A DNA stretch of 32,305 nt from Octopus sinensis (taxonomy: Eukaryota): assembly GCF_006345805.1 (NCBI RefSeq), contig NW_021829629.1:1-32305 (forward strand), written 5' to 3'. The stretch's first letter is position 1; the number at the start of each line of letters is the position of its first letter. Shown piece by piece: positions 10,291-22,137 of this stretch. The notes beneath the pieces were generated by a model, which saw nothing but the letters and a program-made list of their open reading frames with translations, had not been told where the DNA came from and searched no databases. The position numbers were made by a program, and so were the translations under genes.

Positions 10291-10938
10291 ACGTAGATGC
10301 AGGTGCATAAAGATGTTTGTATATATTTGTGTGTGTGCGTGTTTGTTTGCGTATAATAATGTTGTATAAACTCATCCTGTTAATACGCTTCTGTTTTCGA
10401 AATTTCTGAAGATCAGAATCCCTGTACATTTCAGAATCCCAGACATTTCACAGAACCCTCTTCTTCCGTGTTGCTAACACAACCGTGCTGCCGTCTTCGA
10501 CGTATCTCCTTTCAGCACAAACAACACTTACGCACAACCCCTATACGCAACCCAAAACATTATACAGTAAGAGAGAGAAAGAGAGAGAGAGAGAGAGAAA
10601 GAGAAGCAGGAGTGAGAGGGATAAAGGGACGGGTAAGGAGTACACCGTGTACTTCACTTAGGTAGACATTGTAACGTTAACGTTTCCCGAAGAATTTTTT
10701 AAATAGATATTTTGTTCCCACTTTCCTGTATTTCTATACTTAAAACCTTAATATGATTTTCTATTATCAGTATACATTCCTATACTCGTACAAAACATGG
10801 CACATGTAAACATACGCATACAAACAGACCTGCTCATCATATATACACATATATATATACGGCGGTATGTATATGTACACAACCTACATATATATGCATA
10901 CATGTGTGTCTGTTTGCCTGTCTGTTTATATATATGTA

Positions 10939-11318
10939 CACTACCGTCAGAAATTAATTAGCACCCTTGATTTGCTCTTCACTCAAGGTATGTGCTGTCA
11001 CCTAGTGGCCATATCTCGAACAATTGCTTTGTTACGAGTTCACTGTTGCGCAGAACGATGACGTAACTTTGTTTGCAGAGCAGTTTGAGAGTCTACAGCC
11101 TTATGATGTTGACATAGCAGTGCAACAACAACTTGGAGTGCGGATGCAGACAAATCTTCCTTTGTTGAATAGATATAGGTAGCGCCTCGCAAGGACCGAA
11201 ATCACACCATACTAAGTTTTCTCATCGCGTAAGACGTTTTGAACAGCTCATAGGTTAATTGATTTAACCTATTTAATGTAGAAATTTGAGAAGTGCTAAT
11301 TAATTTCTGACGCAAGTG
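10939..11318. mobile_element. Tc1-like MITE / deletion derivative with TA target duplication
   Basis: TA|cactaccgtcagaaattaattagcac ... gtgctaattaatttctgacgcaagtg|TA (26-bp TIR). Confidence 0.85.
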
Positions 11319-11326
11319 TATATATT

Positions 11327-11346
11327 TAATAATAATAATACCAATC

Positions 11347-11433
<87 letters not shown>

Positions 11434-11440
11434 GTAATGA
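11327..11440. repeat. (AAT)n/(ACT)n microsatellite
   Basis: Direct reading. Confidence 0.9.
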
Positions 11441-11445
11441 TAATC

Positions 11446-11635
11446 TCTTCTACTATAGGCACAAGGCCTGGAACTTTAGGAGAGGGAGATAGCCAATCTC
11501 ATCGACCCAGTACAAGACTGGTACTTAATTTATCGACCTCCAAAGTTTGAAAGGCAAAGTAAACCTCGGCGAAATTTGAACTCAGAACGTAGCGGCGAGC
11601 GAAATATTGCTAAGCATTTCACCCGGCGTGCTAAC
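11446..11635 (-). mobile_element. SINE family A (short-tail type), diverged
   Basis: ggcacaaggcc...tggtacttaatttatcgac...aatttgaactcagaacg...cccggcgtgctaac. Confidence 0.8.
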
Positions 11636-11636
11636 C

Positions 11637-12450
11637 CTGATGCAGTTCCAGGCCGTGGCTCTCATGGCTTCTGATCTTAACTCATTAGAAACACTAATAT
11701 GGACATGTTTTGTCTTGGTATAAAAGATGTGCTACAGCAAATATTCTGCTCAATAACACAGATTTGCTTGTCAGTTGTTTGATCTTAAACTGTGGAGCAT
11801 GTCCCTTAATGGCTTACGATATGTGCACCTTGAAGGCGGTGAGCTGGCAGAAACGTTAGCACGCCGGGCGAAATGCATTGCCGTATTTTGTCTGCCGTTA
11901 CGTTCTGAGTTCAAATTCCGCCGAGGTCGACTTTGCCTTTCATCCTTTCGGGGTCGATTAATTAAGTACCAGTTACGCACTGGGGTCGATCTAATCGACT
12001 TAATCCGTTTGTCTGTCCTTGTTTGTCCTCTCTGTGTTTAGCCCCTTGAGGGTAGTAAAGATATACGTATGTGCATCTTTGATCACGAGCAGGAGTAGTG
12101 AGGAAGTGTCATATCCATATGTTGAGAGGAATTCTCTGGGGTTTGAATAATTCACTTCTGGAATCATGGGTGTTTTGTTCAACATCCTTAAAGAAATCTT
12201 ATACAGGGACCTTCTGAGCGAGCTGGGATACTCTATCCGAAGAAAATTCTAACTGGAGCCCCACCCGCAAGATCATGTGCTGCTTATCTTGTTATGCGAT
12301 CACCATGTCGCACAGATATATGGTTGTGATGCATAGGCTTAGTGTACCCTTATTAGATGGGTGGTCATGATGGGTAAATTGGGCTTTCTATATTTGTATC
12401 CCAGTGTCACTTTGATGGCATAAACTACTCTTTCGCTCAGTAATAATAAT
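11637..12450 (+). mobile_element. Retroposon-like interspersed repeat ending in (AAT)n, split by a SINE A insertion
   Basis: The sequence resumes after the SINE with a duplicated tatgtgcaYctt motif and ends ctcagtaataataat. The family is recognised from memory only. Confidence 0.5.
11835..12063 (+). mobile_element. SINE family A monomer (long tail)
   Basis: Complete head ggcggtgagctggcagaaacgttagc through tail gtagtaaaga. Confidence 0.9.
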
Positions 12451-12458
12451 GGTTTCAA

Positions 12459-12835
12459 GGCGGCGAGCTGGCAGAAACGTTAGCACGCCGGGCGAAATGC
12501 GTAGCCGTATTTCGTCTGCCGTTACGTTCTGAGTTCAAATTCCGCCGAGGTCGACTTTGCCTTTCATCCTTTCGGGGTCGATTAAATAAGTACCAGTTAC
12601 GCACTGGGGTCGATATAATCGACTTAATCCGTTTGTCTGTCCTTGTTTGTCCTCTCTATGTTTGGCTCCTCGTGGGTAAGAAAGAAAAAAGAAACGTTAG
12701 CATGTCGGGCGAAATGCTTAGCGGTATTTCGTCTGTCTTTACGTTCTGCGTTCAAACTCCACCGACGTCGACGATCTAATCGACTGAACCCCCTCCCAAA
12801 ATTTCGGGCCTTGTGCCAAGAGTAGGAAAGAATAA
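12459..12835 (+). mobile_element. SINE family A dimer (second unit internally deleted, short tail)
   Basis: Unit 1 is complete. Unit 2 starts gaaacgttagcatgtcggg and ends aaatttcgggccttgtgccaagagtagg. Confidence 0.85.
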
Positions 12836-12840
12836 TAATG

Positions 12841-13031
12841 GTTTCTAACTTTGGCACAAATTTAGCAACTTCGGGGGAGGGGGTAGGTCGATTACAACGA
12901 CCCCTGAGTTCAACTGGCACTTATTTTATCGACGAAAGGCAAAGTCCACCTCAACGGAATTTGAATTCAGAACGTAAAACCGGAAGAAATGTCGCTAAGC
13001 ATTTCATCCGGTGCGGTAACGATTCTGCCAG
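12841..13031 (-). mobile_element. SINE family A, diverged, tail-to-tail with previous
   Basis: ggcacaaatt...ggaatttgaattcagaacg...gctaagcatttc...gattctgccag. Confidence 0.75.
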
Positions 13032-13049
13032 AAACAAACATTAAGCGTA

Positions 13050-13476
13050 AGATCTTTTCGGTTTGACCGGTAGTTTTTTCTAGCGTGTCATATGAAATTG
13101 TCACCCATAATTATGACCCTAATATCGATCTATTGCATTTCAATCTGTTTTAGGGTTAGGGTTAGGGTTAGGGGTGGGGGAAGGATATCTTTTTTTCTTC
13201 AGAAATGTAAATAAACCCAATCTGTTTCTTAAACGAGGGACATTTTCATACGGCACAGAATGTTTTCACCTCAATAGACGTCATTGGTTGGTTGAAATTG
13301 CAGAAATTGAAGAAAAAAAAAACCCAACAAATATCTTACAAACTATAGAATTTTCTCAATAAAGCCAAGAGAAAAAGATGTTTTATAAACACATTCTACC
13401 AGTATACGAAGTTTAAAAGTGTTTATAGTTACGTGGAAATTATTTTAAAAAACTGCCGTTCAAACCGAAAAGATCC
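13050..13476. mobile_element. MITE with ~30-bp TIRs, 7-8 bp target duplication, carrying (TTAGGG)4
   Basis: gatcttttcggtttgaccggtagtttttt / aaaaaactgccgttcaaaccgaaaagatc. Flanks taagcgta (13042-49) and taagcgtg (13477-84). TTAGGG x4 at 13150-13173. Confidence 0.85.
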
Positions 13477-13826
13477 TAAGCGTGTATGATGAGTGAGAAT
13501 AAATACTAGTAAAAAAAAAATCGAGTTTCGTTTGTCACATTCTCTACAAAACTCTATCTTTCTTCTTCACCCAAATTCTCTGCGCTCTAAAACCAGTTAC
13601 AGTTCTGCTATTTATAGATCAGCCTCTGCAGCATTTAATGTTGTTTCATTTAGGTGAGCCCCCGGTGCCGGTTAGGGGAGGGCTACGAGGTTTACCTTTA
13701 ATAGATAGATACTTCATCGCCTGTTCAACTTATTTATCGTCGGCATCATCTGCGCCTTCCCTTTTCCTTCCTCCCCTGCTTTTTCATACACTAAAAATAT
13801 CTCTCGAAATATCTATATCTGTATAT

Positions 13827-13842
13827 ATGTGCGCTTGTGTAT

Positions 13843-13886
<44 letters not shown>

Positions 13887-14041
13887 TGTATACATACACC
13901 ACACACGCACATGAGTGTGTGGGTGGATGTGTATATATATATATAATAATATATATATATACATGTACATACATATGTATGTACACACAGACATATATTC
14001 ACGCAGTAACACACGAACAAAAACACAGAGACACACGAACA

Positions 14042-14115
<74 letters not shown>

Positions 14116-14200
14116 AACACACACACATATGTATGTATGTATCTATAATTAGAAAGATAAAGAGACTGATGTACATAATATATATATATATATACAAAAA
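13827..14200. repeat. (TG)n/(TA)n/(CA)n compound microsatellite
   Basis: Direct reading. Confidence 0.9.
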
Positions 14201-14259
14201 GGTAGACAAACTGGTAGAACGTTAGATACATAGTAAAGCCAGCCAGCCAGTCAGACAGG

Positions 14260-14261
14260 TT

Positions 14262-14354
<93 letters not shown>

Positions 14355-14651
14355 ATAGATAGACAGATAGATAGGTAAATAGAAAGGTTGACAAAAGGAC
14401 AGAGATATAGAGAAATAAGTAGGTACATTGATAAATAGATAGACAGATAGATAATAGTCCGACAGATAGATTTGGTGACAGATAGACAGATAGACAGGTA
14501 GTTAGATTGCTTGCTAGCTAGATGGATAGATAGATACAGGTAGATAGAGACATAGATACTAATAGGTAGCTAGATAGATAGCAAAATAGATATAAGCAGA
14601 TAGATAGTTACAGATAGATAGGTAGATAGGTGTTTATATGGATATATAGGG

Positions 14652-14712
<61 letters not shown>
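14260..14712. repeat. (AGAT)n, two pure blocks with degenerate middle
   Basis: Direct reading. Confidence 0.9.
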
Positions 14713-14713
<1 letters not shown>

Positions 14714-14961
14714 ATACACGAGTGAAATTAGCGATATTTAGTATACCCGCTAATCCTTTATAAACACCTACCCTCTAATCTGTCATCATTCACCTGCACA
14801 GTCTCAGGTATTTCTTTACCTTAAAATGCCATTCTCTCGGGAACTTCGACTCCCACACTTAATTCATTGCTTTCAGCCATCCCTCACTCACCCCCGCGTT
14901 TCCCTCTTCCTTTTTCTGTCTTCCTCCCACCTCCACCCTCATTTCAGTTCTTCCGTAAATC

Positions 14962-15690
14962 TGATATCCTCCTCCTCCCCTTCCTCCTCCTCATCTTCCT
15001 CCTCATCTTCCCCCTCATCTTCCTTCTCCTCGTCCTCCTCATCTTCCTCCTCCTCCTCATCTTCCCCCTCATCTTCCTTCTCCTCGTCCTCCTCATCTTC
15101 CTCCTCCTCCTCTCTTCCCCTCATCTTCCTTCTCCTCGTCTCCTCCTCATCTTCCCCCTCATCTTCCTTCGTCATCTTCCTTCTCCTCGCCTCCCCTCTT
15201 CCTCCTCCTCCTCCTCCTCATCTTCCCCCTCATCTTCCTTCTCCTCGTCCTCCTCCTCTTCCTCCTCCTCCTCCTCCTCCTCCTCCTCTTCCTCTCCTCT
15301 TCCGCCCTCTCCTCTTCCTCTTCCTCTTCCTCCTCTTCCTCCTACCTTTCTTTCTCCTCCTTTTCCTCCCCTTCCTTCTCCTCCGCTTCCCCCTCCTTTT
15401 ACCTCCTCCTCCCCTCTTCCTATTCCCCCTCCTCCTCCCTTCCCCCTATTCCTCCCTTCCCCCTCCTCCTCCCAGTCCCCCTCCATTTCCTCCTCCTCCT
15501 CCTCCTCCTCCTCCTCCTCCTCCTCCTCGTAATCGTCATCGTTGTCATTCATCTCCTTGTTATCCTCATGGTCATCGGCATCGTGACCATCACTACCGCC
15601 GCCACCAACATTACCCCCACCACTTCCACCACCACCACCACCACCGCCACCACTGCCGCTGCCGCCTCCACCACCACCACCACCACCACC
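14962..15690. repeat. Polypyrimidine (TCC/TCT)n tract with higher-order repeats, then (CAC)n
   Basis: The block cctcatcttccccctcatcttccttctcctcgtcctcc recurs four to five times. Confidence 0.9.
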
Positions 15691-15750
15691 ATATTATGCC
15701 GATGAATGTTTGTATGTATATATGTGTGCATGTATGTAAGTACTATTTTA

Positions 15751-15808
15751 CTCTTTTACTTGTTTCAGTCATTTGACTGCGGCCATGCTGGAGCACCGCC
15801 TTTAGTCG
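15751..15808 (-). mobile_element. SINE family B 3' tail fragment
   Basis: ttttacttgtttcagtcatttgactgcggccatgctggagcaccgcctttagtcgag. Confidence 0.8.
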
Positions 15809-16123
15809 AGAGCGATGTACATATTAATCTTCATATAGGCATGTTCGTTTTTCTGTTTTCCTTCTCTTAGTTGTTTAAATGGTTCCATCAAGAAAGGAGC
15901 TGGTGTTTAAGAAAGAATCAAAGCTCTATCATTGGAATTTGTACACCAAGAAATGATATGTGTTCTATTTTGAAGTTTAGAAAAGTTTTGCATATTTCTA
16001 CTGTTCCATTTACAGATTGCAAAGTATGTGCAAGCTGATCACCTTTGTAAACATTAGCTTTACGAGATTTTCACAAGCACATATACTCTAGTTCAAGTAC
16101 TGAGTTCATTTGAATTTATAAAT

Positions 16124-16210
16124 GTGGACGCGCGTGGCTTAGTGGTTCAGGTGTTGGTCTCATGATCGTAAGATTGTGGTTTCGAACAATGCGTTGGGTC
16201 AGGGCGTTGC
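16124..16210 (+). mobile_element. Degenerate tRNA-derived SINE head (family C-like)
   Basis: gtggacgcgcgtggcttagtggtt (A box) ... ggtttcgaac (B box-like). Confidence 0.55.
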
Positions 16211-16424
16211 CATATGAATTGGGCAAGATCTTTATCCTTTTCAAGGTTATCTCTACTGGTATTCCGTAAAAATTATAGCCAACACTGATTTTTTTTACGA
16301 CATTTCATATCTGAGACGTCAGATATAAAAAAAATGTGGTCGAAGATGAAAAGATGGGTAGCGAGCACCCATGAGTTTTCGCCCCTTCCTCAGTACCCAT
16401 CTGATCCCTTAATCATCCACGAAA

Positions 16425-16665
16425 AATATTTATTCCTTTATTGTCCACGGTTGGGGCTAAACATAGAGGGGACAAACAAGGACAGACAAACGGACTAAGT
16501 CGATTAAATCGACCCCAGTGCGTAACTGGCACTTATTTAATCGACCGACCCCGAAAGGGTTAAAGGCAAAGTCGACCACGGCGGAATTTGAAATCAGAAC
16601 GTAACGGCAGACGAAATACTGCTAGGCAGTTCGTCTGGCGTGCTAACGGTTCTACCAGCTCGCCG
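16425..16665 (-). mobile_element. SINE family A monomer (long tail)
   Basis: ggggctaaacatagaggggacaaacaagg...ggaatttgaaatcagaacg...ccagctcgccg. Confidence 0.85.
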
Positions 16666-16799
16666 AACATATTACTTAAAAAGCCACATCGATGGACGTT
16701 TTTGGATATATCAATTTTACATATTAAACGCATTCCTGGAAGCTGGTGTGTAAATATTAATGATTTGTAGGAACGCAGTATTTCGTTAGACAACTATAA

Positions 16800-17150
16800 T
16801 CTACCTATATAAAAGAAAGAAATTGCACACTTTACTTTGGCTTTGGTAAGGATTCAATGGCACTAGACGTGCTAGGATCGAGCTGAAAATTTACACACCT
16901 ATAGAAGGCGTGGTATAGTTACGGCCAGGGTAGGTTTCAAATCACTAACTCGATAACAAAAGCACGAAACAATGCATTTTCTGCTAGTGAGTGGATGTCA
17001 GGGTTAGGGTTATCTATATATATAAAGCTGAAGTTGTCTGTGTGGCAGGATTGGTAGCCTTCAACTAACACTATCTCCGAGACCTTGCGGCGCAAGTTGA
17101 CCAAAATTGAGAGTATGATAGAAGAAGGATTGCTCTTCATTCCGTAGAAG
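16800..17150 (+). mobile_element. Two adjacent Helitron-like fragments (16800-16987 and 5' end from 17013)
   Basis: A|TCTACCTATATAAAAG...ctgCTAG|T, then A|TCTATATATATAAAGCTGAAGTTGTCTGTGTG...gcggcgcaagttgaccaaaa, which is similar to the 1694 element. Confidence 0.5.
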
Positions 17151-17155
17151 AAATC

Positions 17156-17204
<49 letters not shown>

Positions 17205-17325
17205 TATATATATATATATAATATATATACATATAGGAGAGTTTACGAAAAAAAAACAAAGACGACGGCAGGTGGTGTACAAAACAAACAGATGTATTAG
17301 TATAACGCTCAGGAATAGAAAAAGT

Positions 17326-17361
17326 CTTTTACGTTTCGAGCCTATGCTCTTCTACAGAAAG
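17326..17361 (-). ncRNA. Degenerate minimal hammerhead motif (A6>U) in a Penelope-like repeat fragment
   Basis: Minus strand: cttt|CTGTAGA-a|gagc-atag-gctc|GAAA|cg|TA|aaag. Confidence 0.5.
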
Positions 17362-17426
17362 GGACACAGAAAAAAAAAACAAGGAGAGAAAAAAAATTGT
17401 GTGTAGCGGCTAACAATCTATTATGG

Positions 17427-17469
<43 letters not shown>

Positions 17470-17989
17470 CACATACATATGCTTTTGACATGCCGTGCAC
17501 TCACTAATTGATCTTACTATCAAAGATAATATTTGACTTGCCAAAGTCAGGATGGTCCTCTTGTTAGACTGAAGTAAAGACCACGAATGATTATAGACCT
17601 TTGTTTAAATCGACTCGGCACTAAAATGGTATAACAATTTAACCACTGTTTCATAGGAAGCAGCTGGGGGTGGTTTCTATCTCAGATAGTTGAATGTTTG
17701 TTTTAAAGTGCATTCATTTTTCTTACACATTCTGGATCTCAAGCAGGAGAAGCATCAAAGGGTTGTGATGCTAACGAAAAACCAGCGGCATCCTACATAT
17801 GAATAATTGTGTTATAGCCAATTATAAAATACATATTTTACTCTTCATCGGAATCGTATCCTCTCGACTGAACGCATGCAGGCGTGCTTCAAAAGATAGC
17901 TGCAAACATAACCTGCATGAATTCATACACTGACGCAAAGACACGAAAAAACATATGTGCTTGCATGGAAGCATGTAAGCCTAATGCTA

Positions 17990-18010
17990 ATACACACACA
18001 CACACACACA

Positions 18011-18049
<39 letters not shown>

Positions 18050-18314
18050 ACACACACACATACACCACACACACACACACACACACACATACACACAACA
18101 CACACACACACATACACACACACACACACACATACACACACACATACACACACACACATACACACACACATACACACACACATACACACACACATACACA
18201 CACACACACACATACACACACACACATACAACCACACACACATCACACACCCACATACACACACAACACTACCACACACACACACACACTACACACACAC
18301 ACACCACACACACA

Positions 18315-18350
<36 letters not shown>

Positions 18351-18553
18351 AACACACACACACACACACCCAACACACACACATACACACAACACATACA
18401 CACACACACACCACACATACACACACATATACACACCACACATACACCACACACACACACACACATACACACCACACATACACACACACACATACACACA
18501 CACACACACATACACACACACACACACACACACATACACACACAACACACACA

Positions 18554-18584
<31 letters not shown>

Positions 18585-18675
18585 GCATATAATACATATA
18601 TGTATATATATATATGTATGTATGTGTGTGTGTATATATATACATATATACATATACATATATACACACACACAC
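17990..18675. repeat. Long (CA)n/(CT)n/(TA)n compound microsatellite
   Basis: Direct reading. Confidence 0.95.
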
Positions 18676-18676
18676 A

Positions 18677-19093
18677 CCGCTACGTTACGGGGACGTAAAC
18701 ACACAACCATCGGTTGTCAAGCGATGGTGGGGGAACAAACACAAACACATAAACACACACACACACACATATATATACATATATATACGACGGGGTTCTT
18801 TCAGTTTCCGCCTACCGAACCCACTCACAAGGCTTTGGTCGGTCCGAGGCTATAATAGTAGAAGACACTTACCCAAGGTGCCACGCAGTGGGACTGAACC
18901 CGGAACCATGTGGTTGGTAAGCAAGCTACTTACCACACAGCCACTCCTGCACCTATATATATATGACAGGCTTCTTTCAGTTTCCGTCTACCAAATCCAC
19001 TCACAAGGCTTTGGTCGGTCCGAGGCTATAATAGTAGAAGACACTTACCCAAGGTGCCACGCAGTGGGAATGAACCCGGAACCATGTGGTTGG
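18677..19093 (-). mobile_element. SINE family B (18677-18953) plus partial second copy (18965-19093)
   Basis: gaagacacttacccaaggtgccacgcagtgg...ccacacagccactcctgc. The central block occurs twice. Confidence 0.85.
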
Positions 19094-19176
19094 TATATAT
19101 ATATATATATATGTATGAAGTAGCTTATTTCAGTGTGGTAGCTAAATTGATGCGTGATATATATACGGTATAGGAA

Positions 19177-21064
19177 GCGAGCAGGCAGAATAGTTAACAC
19201 GTTGGGCGGGTTCCCTAGCGGCATTTTGTTCGTCTTTATGTTCTAAGTTTAAATTCCGCCTAGGTTGACGTTGCCTTTCATCCTTTCGAGGCCGATAAAA
19301 TAAGTACCTGTTACTTTACTGCCCACAAGGGGCTAAACACAGAGGAACAAACAAGGACAGACAAACGGATTAAGTCAATTACATCGACTCCAATGCGTAA
19401 CTGGTACTTAATTTATCGACCCCGAAAGTATGAAAGGCAAAGTCGACCTCGGCGGAATTTGAACTCAGAATGTAACAGCAGACGAAATACCTATTTCTTT
19501 ACTGCCCACAAGGGGCTAAACACAGAGAGGACAAACAAGGACAAACAAACGGATTAAGTCAATTACATCGACTCCAATGCGTAACTGGTACTTAATTTAT
19601 CGACCCCGAAAGGATGAAAGGCAAAGTCGACCTCGGCGGAATTTGAACTCAGAATGTAACAGCAGACGAAATACCTATTTCTTTACTACCCACAAGGGGC
19701 TAAACACAGAGAGGACAAACAAGGACAAACAAACGGATTAAGTCAATTACATCGACTCCAATGCGTAACTGGTACTTAATTTATCGACCCCGAAAGGATG
19801 AAAGGCAAAGTCGACCTCGGCGGAATTTGAACTCAGAATGTAACAGCAGACGAAATACCTATTTCTTTACTACCCACTAGGGGCTAAACACAGAGAGGAC
19901 AAACAAGGACAAACAAACGGATTAAGTCAATTACATCGACTCCAATGCGTAACTGGTACTTAATTTATCGACCCCGAAAGGATGAAAGGCAGAGTCGACC
20001 TCGGCGGAATTTGAACTCAGAATGTAACAGCAGACGAAATACCTATTTCTTTACTACCCACTAGGGGCTAAACACAGAGAGGACAAACAAGACAAACAAA
20101 CGGATTAAGTCAATTACATCGACTCCAATGCGTAACTGGTTAATTTATCGACCCCGAAAGGATGAAAGGCAAAGTGGACCTCGGCGGAATTTGAACTCAG
20201 AATGTAACAGCAGACGAAATACCTATTTCTTTACTACCCACAAGGGGCTAAACACAGAGAGGACAAACAAGGACAAACAAACGGATTAAGTCAATTACAT
20301 CGACTCCAATGCGTAACTGGTACTTAATTTATCGACCCCGAAAGGATGAAAGGCAAAATGGACCTCGGCGGAATTTGAACTCAGAATGTAACAGCAGACG
20401 AAATACCTATTTCTTTACTACCCACAAGGGGCTAAACACAGAGAGGACAAACAAGGACAAACAAACGGATTAAGTCAATTACATCGACTCCAATGCGTAA
20501 CTGGTACTTAATTTATCGACCCCGAAAGGATGAAAGGCAAGTCGACCTCGGCGGAATTTGAACTCAGAATGTAACAGCACGAAATACCTATTTCTTTCTT
20601 TACTACCCACAAGGGGCTAAACACAGAGAGGACAAACAAGGACAAACAAACGGATTAAGTCAATTACATCGACTCCAATGCGTAACTGGTACTTAATTTA
20701 TCGACCCCGAAAGGATGAATAGGCGTCGACCTCGGCGGAATTTGAACTCAGAATGTAACAGCAGACGAAATACCTATTTCTTTACTACCCACTAGGGGCT
20801 AAACACAGAGAGGACAAACAAGGACAGACAAACGGATTAAGTTGATTACATCGACTCCAGTGCCTAACTAGTATTTAATTTATCAACCCCGAAAGGATGA
20901 AAGGTAAAGTCGACCTCGTCGGAATTTGAACTCAGAACGTAGCGGCAGACGAAATACTGCTAAGCATTGTGCCCGGCGTGCTAAGTACCACTGGAGTACT
21001 TGGGTCGATGTAATCGACTTTGCTCCTCACCCGAAATTGTTGCCCTTCTACCAAAATTTGAAAT
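19177..21064 (+). mobile_element. Older SINE family A copy split by the concatemer insertion (19177-19308 and 20982-21064)
   Basis: The + strand SINE stops at aagtacc and resumes with ctggagtacttgggtcgatgtaatcgac. taagtacc is duplicated at 19301-08 and 20982-89. Confidence 0.75.
19309..20981 (-). mobile_element. SINE family A tandem array, 9 units of ~184 bp plus truncated head
   Basis: The gaaatac motif recurs at 19484, 19668, 19852, 20036, 20216, 20400, 20581, 20767 and 20951. Confidence 0.95.
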
Positions 21065-21078
21065 CGATAAATATACTG

Positions 21079-21392
21079 ACACTCCGTCGGTTACGACGAC
21101 GTGTGTTCCAGTTGATCTGATCGACGGAACAGCCTGGCCATCTTATTAACTTGCATATGGCTTAGCACTCCACAGACACGTGTACCCTTAACATAGTTGT
21201 CAAGGGGATTCAATGTGATACAGTGTGTTACAAAGCTGGGCTCTTTGCAAAACAGATGCTGTTTAGTTTTGCTGGCTGAGTGGTCTGCGGCAACGCGAAA
21301 TAAACTGTCTTGCTGAAGGGCACAACGCGTCGCTTCGAATTGAACTCATGACCATACGATCTCGAACCGAATACGCTAACCGCTAAGTCACA
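21079..21392 (-). mobile_element. SINE family C, diverged
   Basis: cactccgtcggttacgacga...cactccacagacacgtgtacccttaac is shared with 7391-7786. Confidence 0.75.
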
Positions 21393-21769
21393 CACACCAC
21401 AGTACATGATTGTTTATGTGTGTGTGTGTATACGCCTGTGTGTGATCACGTGTGTATTTGCCAGGTACACTTATGAACAGAACACAAAGGAGAACACGTT
21501 CAATTAAGTGCCCAATACATTGTGCGATACAGAATTATATGCAATTTATTCATAATGCTTATCTCTCTGTGATATTCACTCCCGACGACACCCCATTGGG
21601 GATAGAAACGGAGTTTATATCATGGTGAGATAATTTCCATGAATAAATTACTCAATATATAAATACAAGCATATATATGTTATATAAATACAAGCATATA
21701 TATGTTATATAACGTTACCGACGGGCACATACGTATCTCAGCTTTTGTGCGCGCGCCTGTCTGTACTGA

Positions 21770-21789
21770 TATATATATATGTGTGTGTA

Positions 21790-21830
<41 letters not shown>

Positions 21831-21833
21831 GTA

Positions 21834-21869
<36 letters not shown>

Positions 21870-21882
21870 GTGTATATATATG

Positions 21883-21915
<33 letters not shown>

Positions 21916-22137
21916 GTATGTATATATATATATGTATATGTGTGTATGTGTGTATACATACTTATATATATATATACATATATACATATGCATGTATACA
22001 CATACACACATATATATGCATGCATATGTTTGTGTGTATATATATATGTGCACACACATACACAAACGCGCACACAGATACACACACACATACACACACA
22101 CATACACACACACACACAAACACACACACAAACACAC
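21770..22137. repeat. (TG)/(TA)/(CA) compound microsatellite
   Basis: Direct reading. Confidence 0.9.

Noticed and set aside
9543-10429. Long ORFs (MYVC/HTYI repeats), likewise those at 13.8-14.2, 17.9-18.9, 21.7-22.2 and 25.4-27.0 kb
   Set aside because: These are translations of (ATGT)n, (CA)n and (TA)n microsatellites, open in several frames on both strands.
13150-13180. True telomere or chromosome-fusion scar (also gggttagggtt at about 17001 and degenerate repeats at 805-842)
   Set aside because: Only two to four units, internal to an element or degenerate, with no head-to-head arrays.
14826-15776. 316-aa Ser/Pro/His-rich ORF
   Set aside because: It is explained by (TCC)n/(CAC)n repeats that lack stop codons, with overlapping ORFs in other frames and no domain.
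15860-16070. Plus-strand exon after ttttccttctcttAG
   Set aside because: The acceptor is good, but there is no convincing donor or recognisable peptide. Unsupported without RNA data.
17740-17900. Minus-strand exons suggested by a GTAAGA donor and AG acceptors
   Set aside because: The donor-bearing segment has stops in all three frames, and the other gives only a 19-codon reading with no recognisable similarity.
19309-20981. CRISPR-like array
   Set aside because: The whole 184-bp unit is repeated with no unique spacers, it is SINE-derived, the context is eukaryotic and there are no cas genes.
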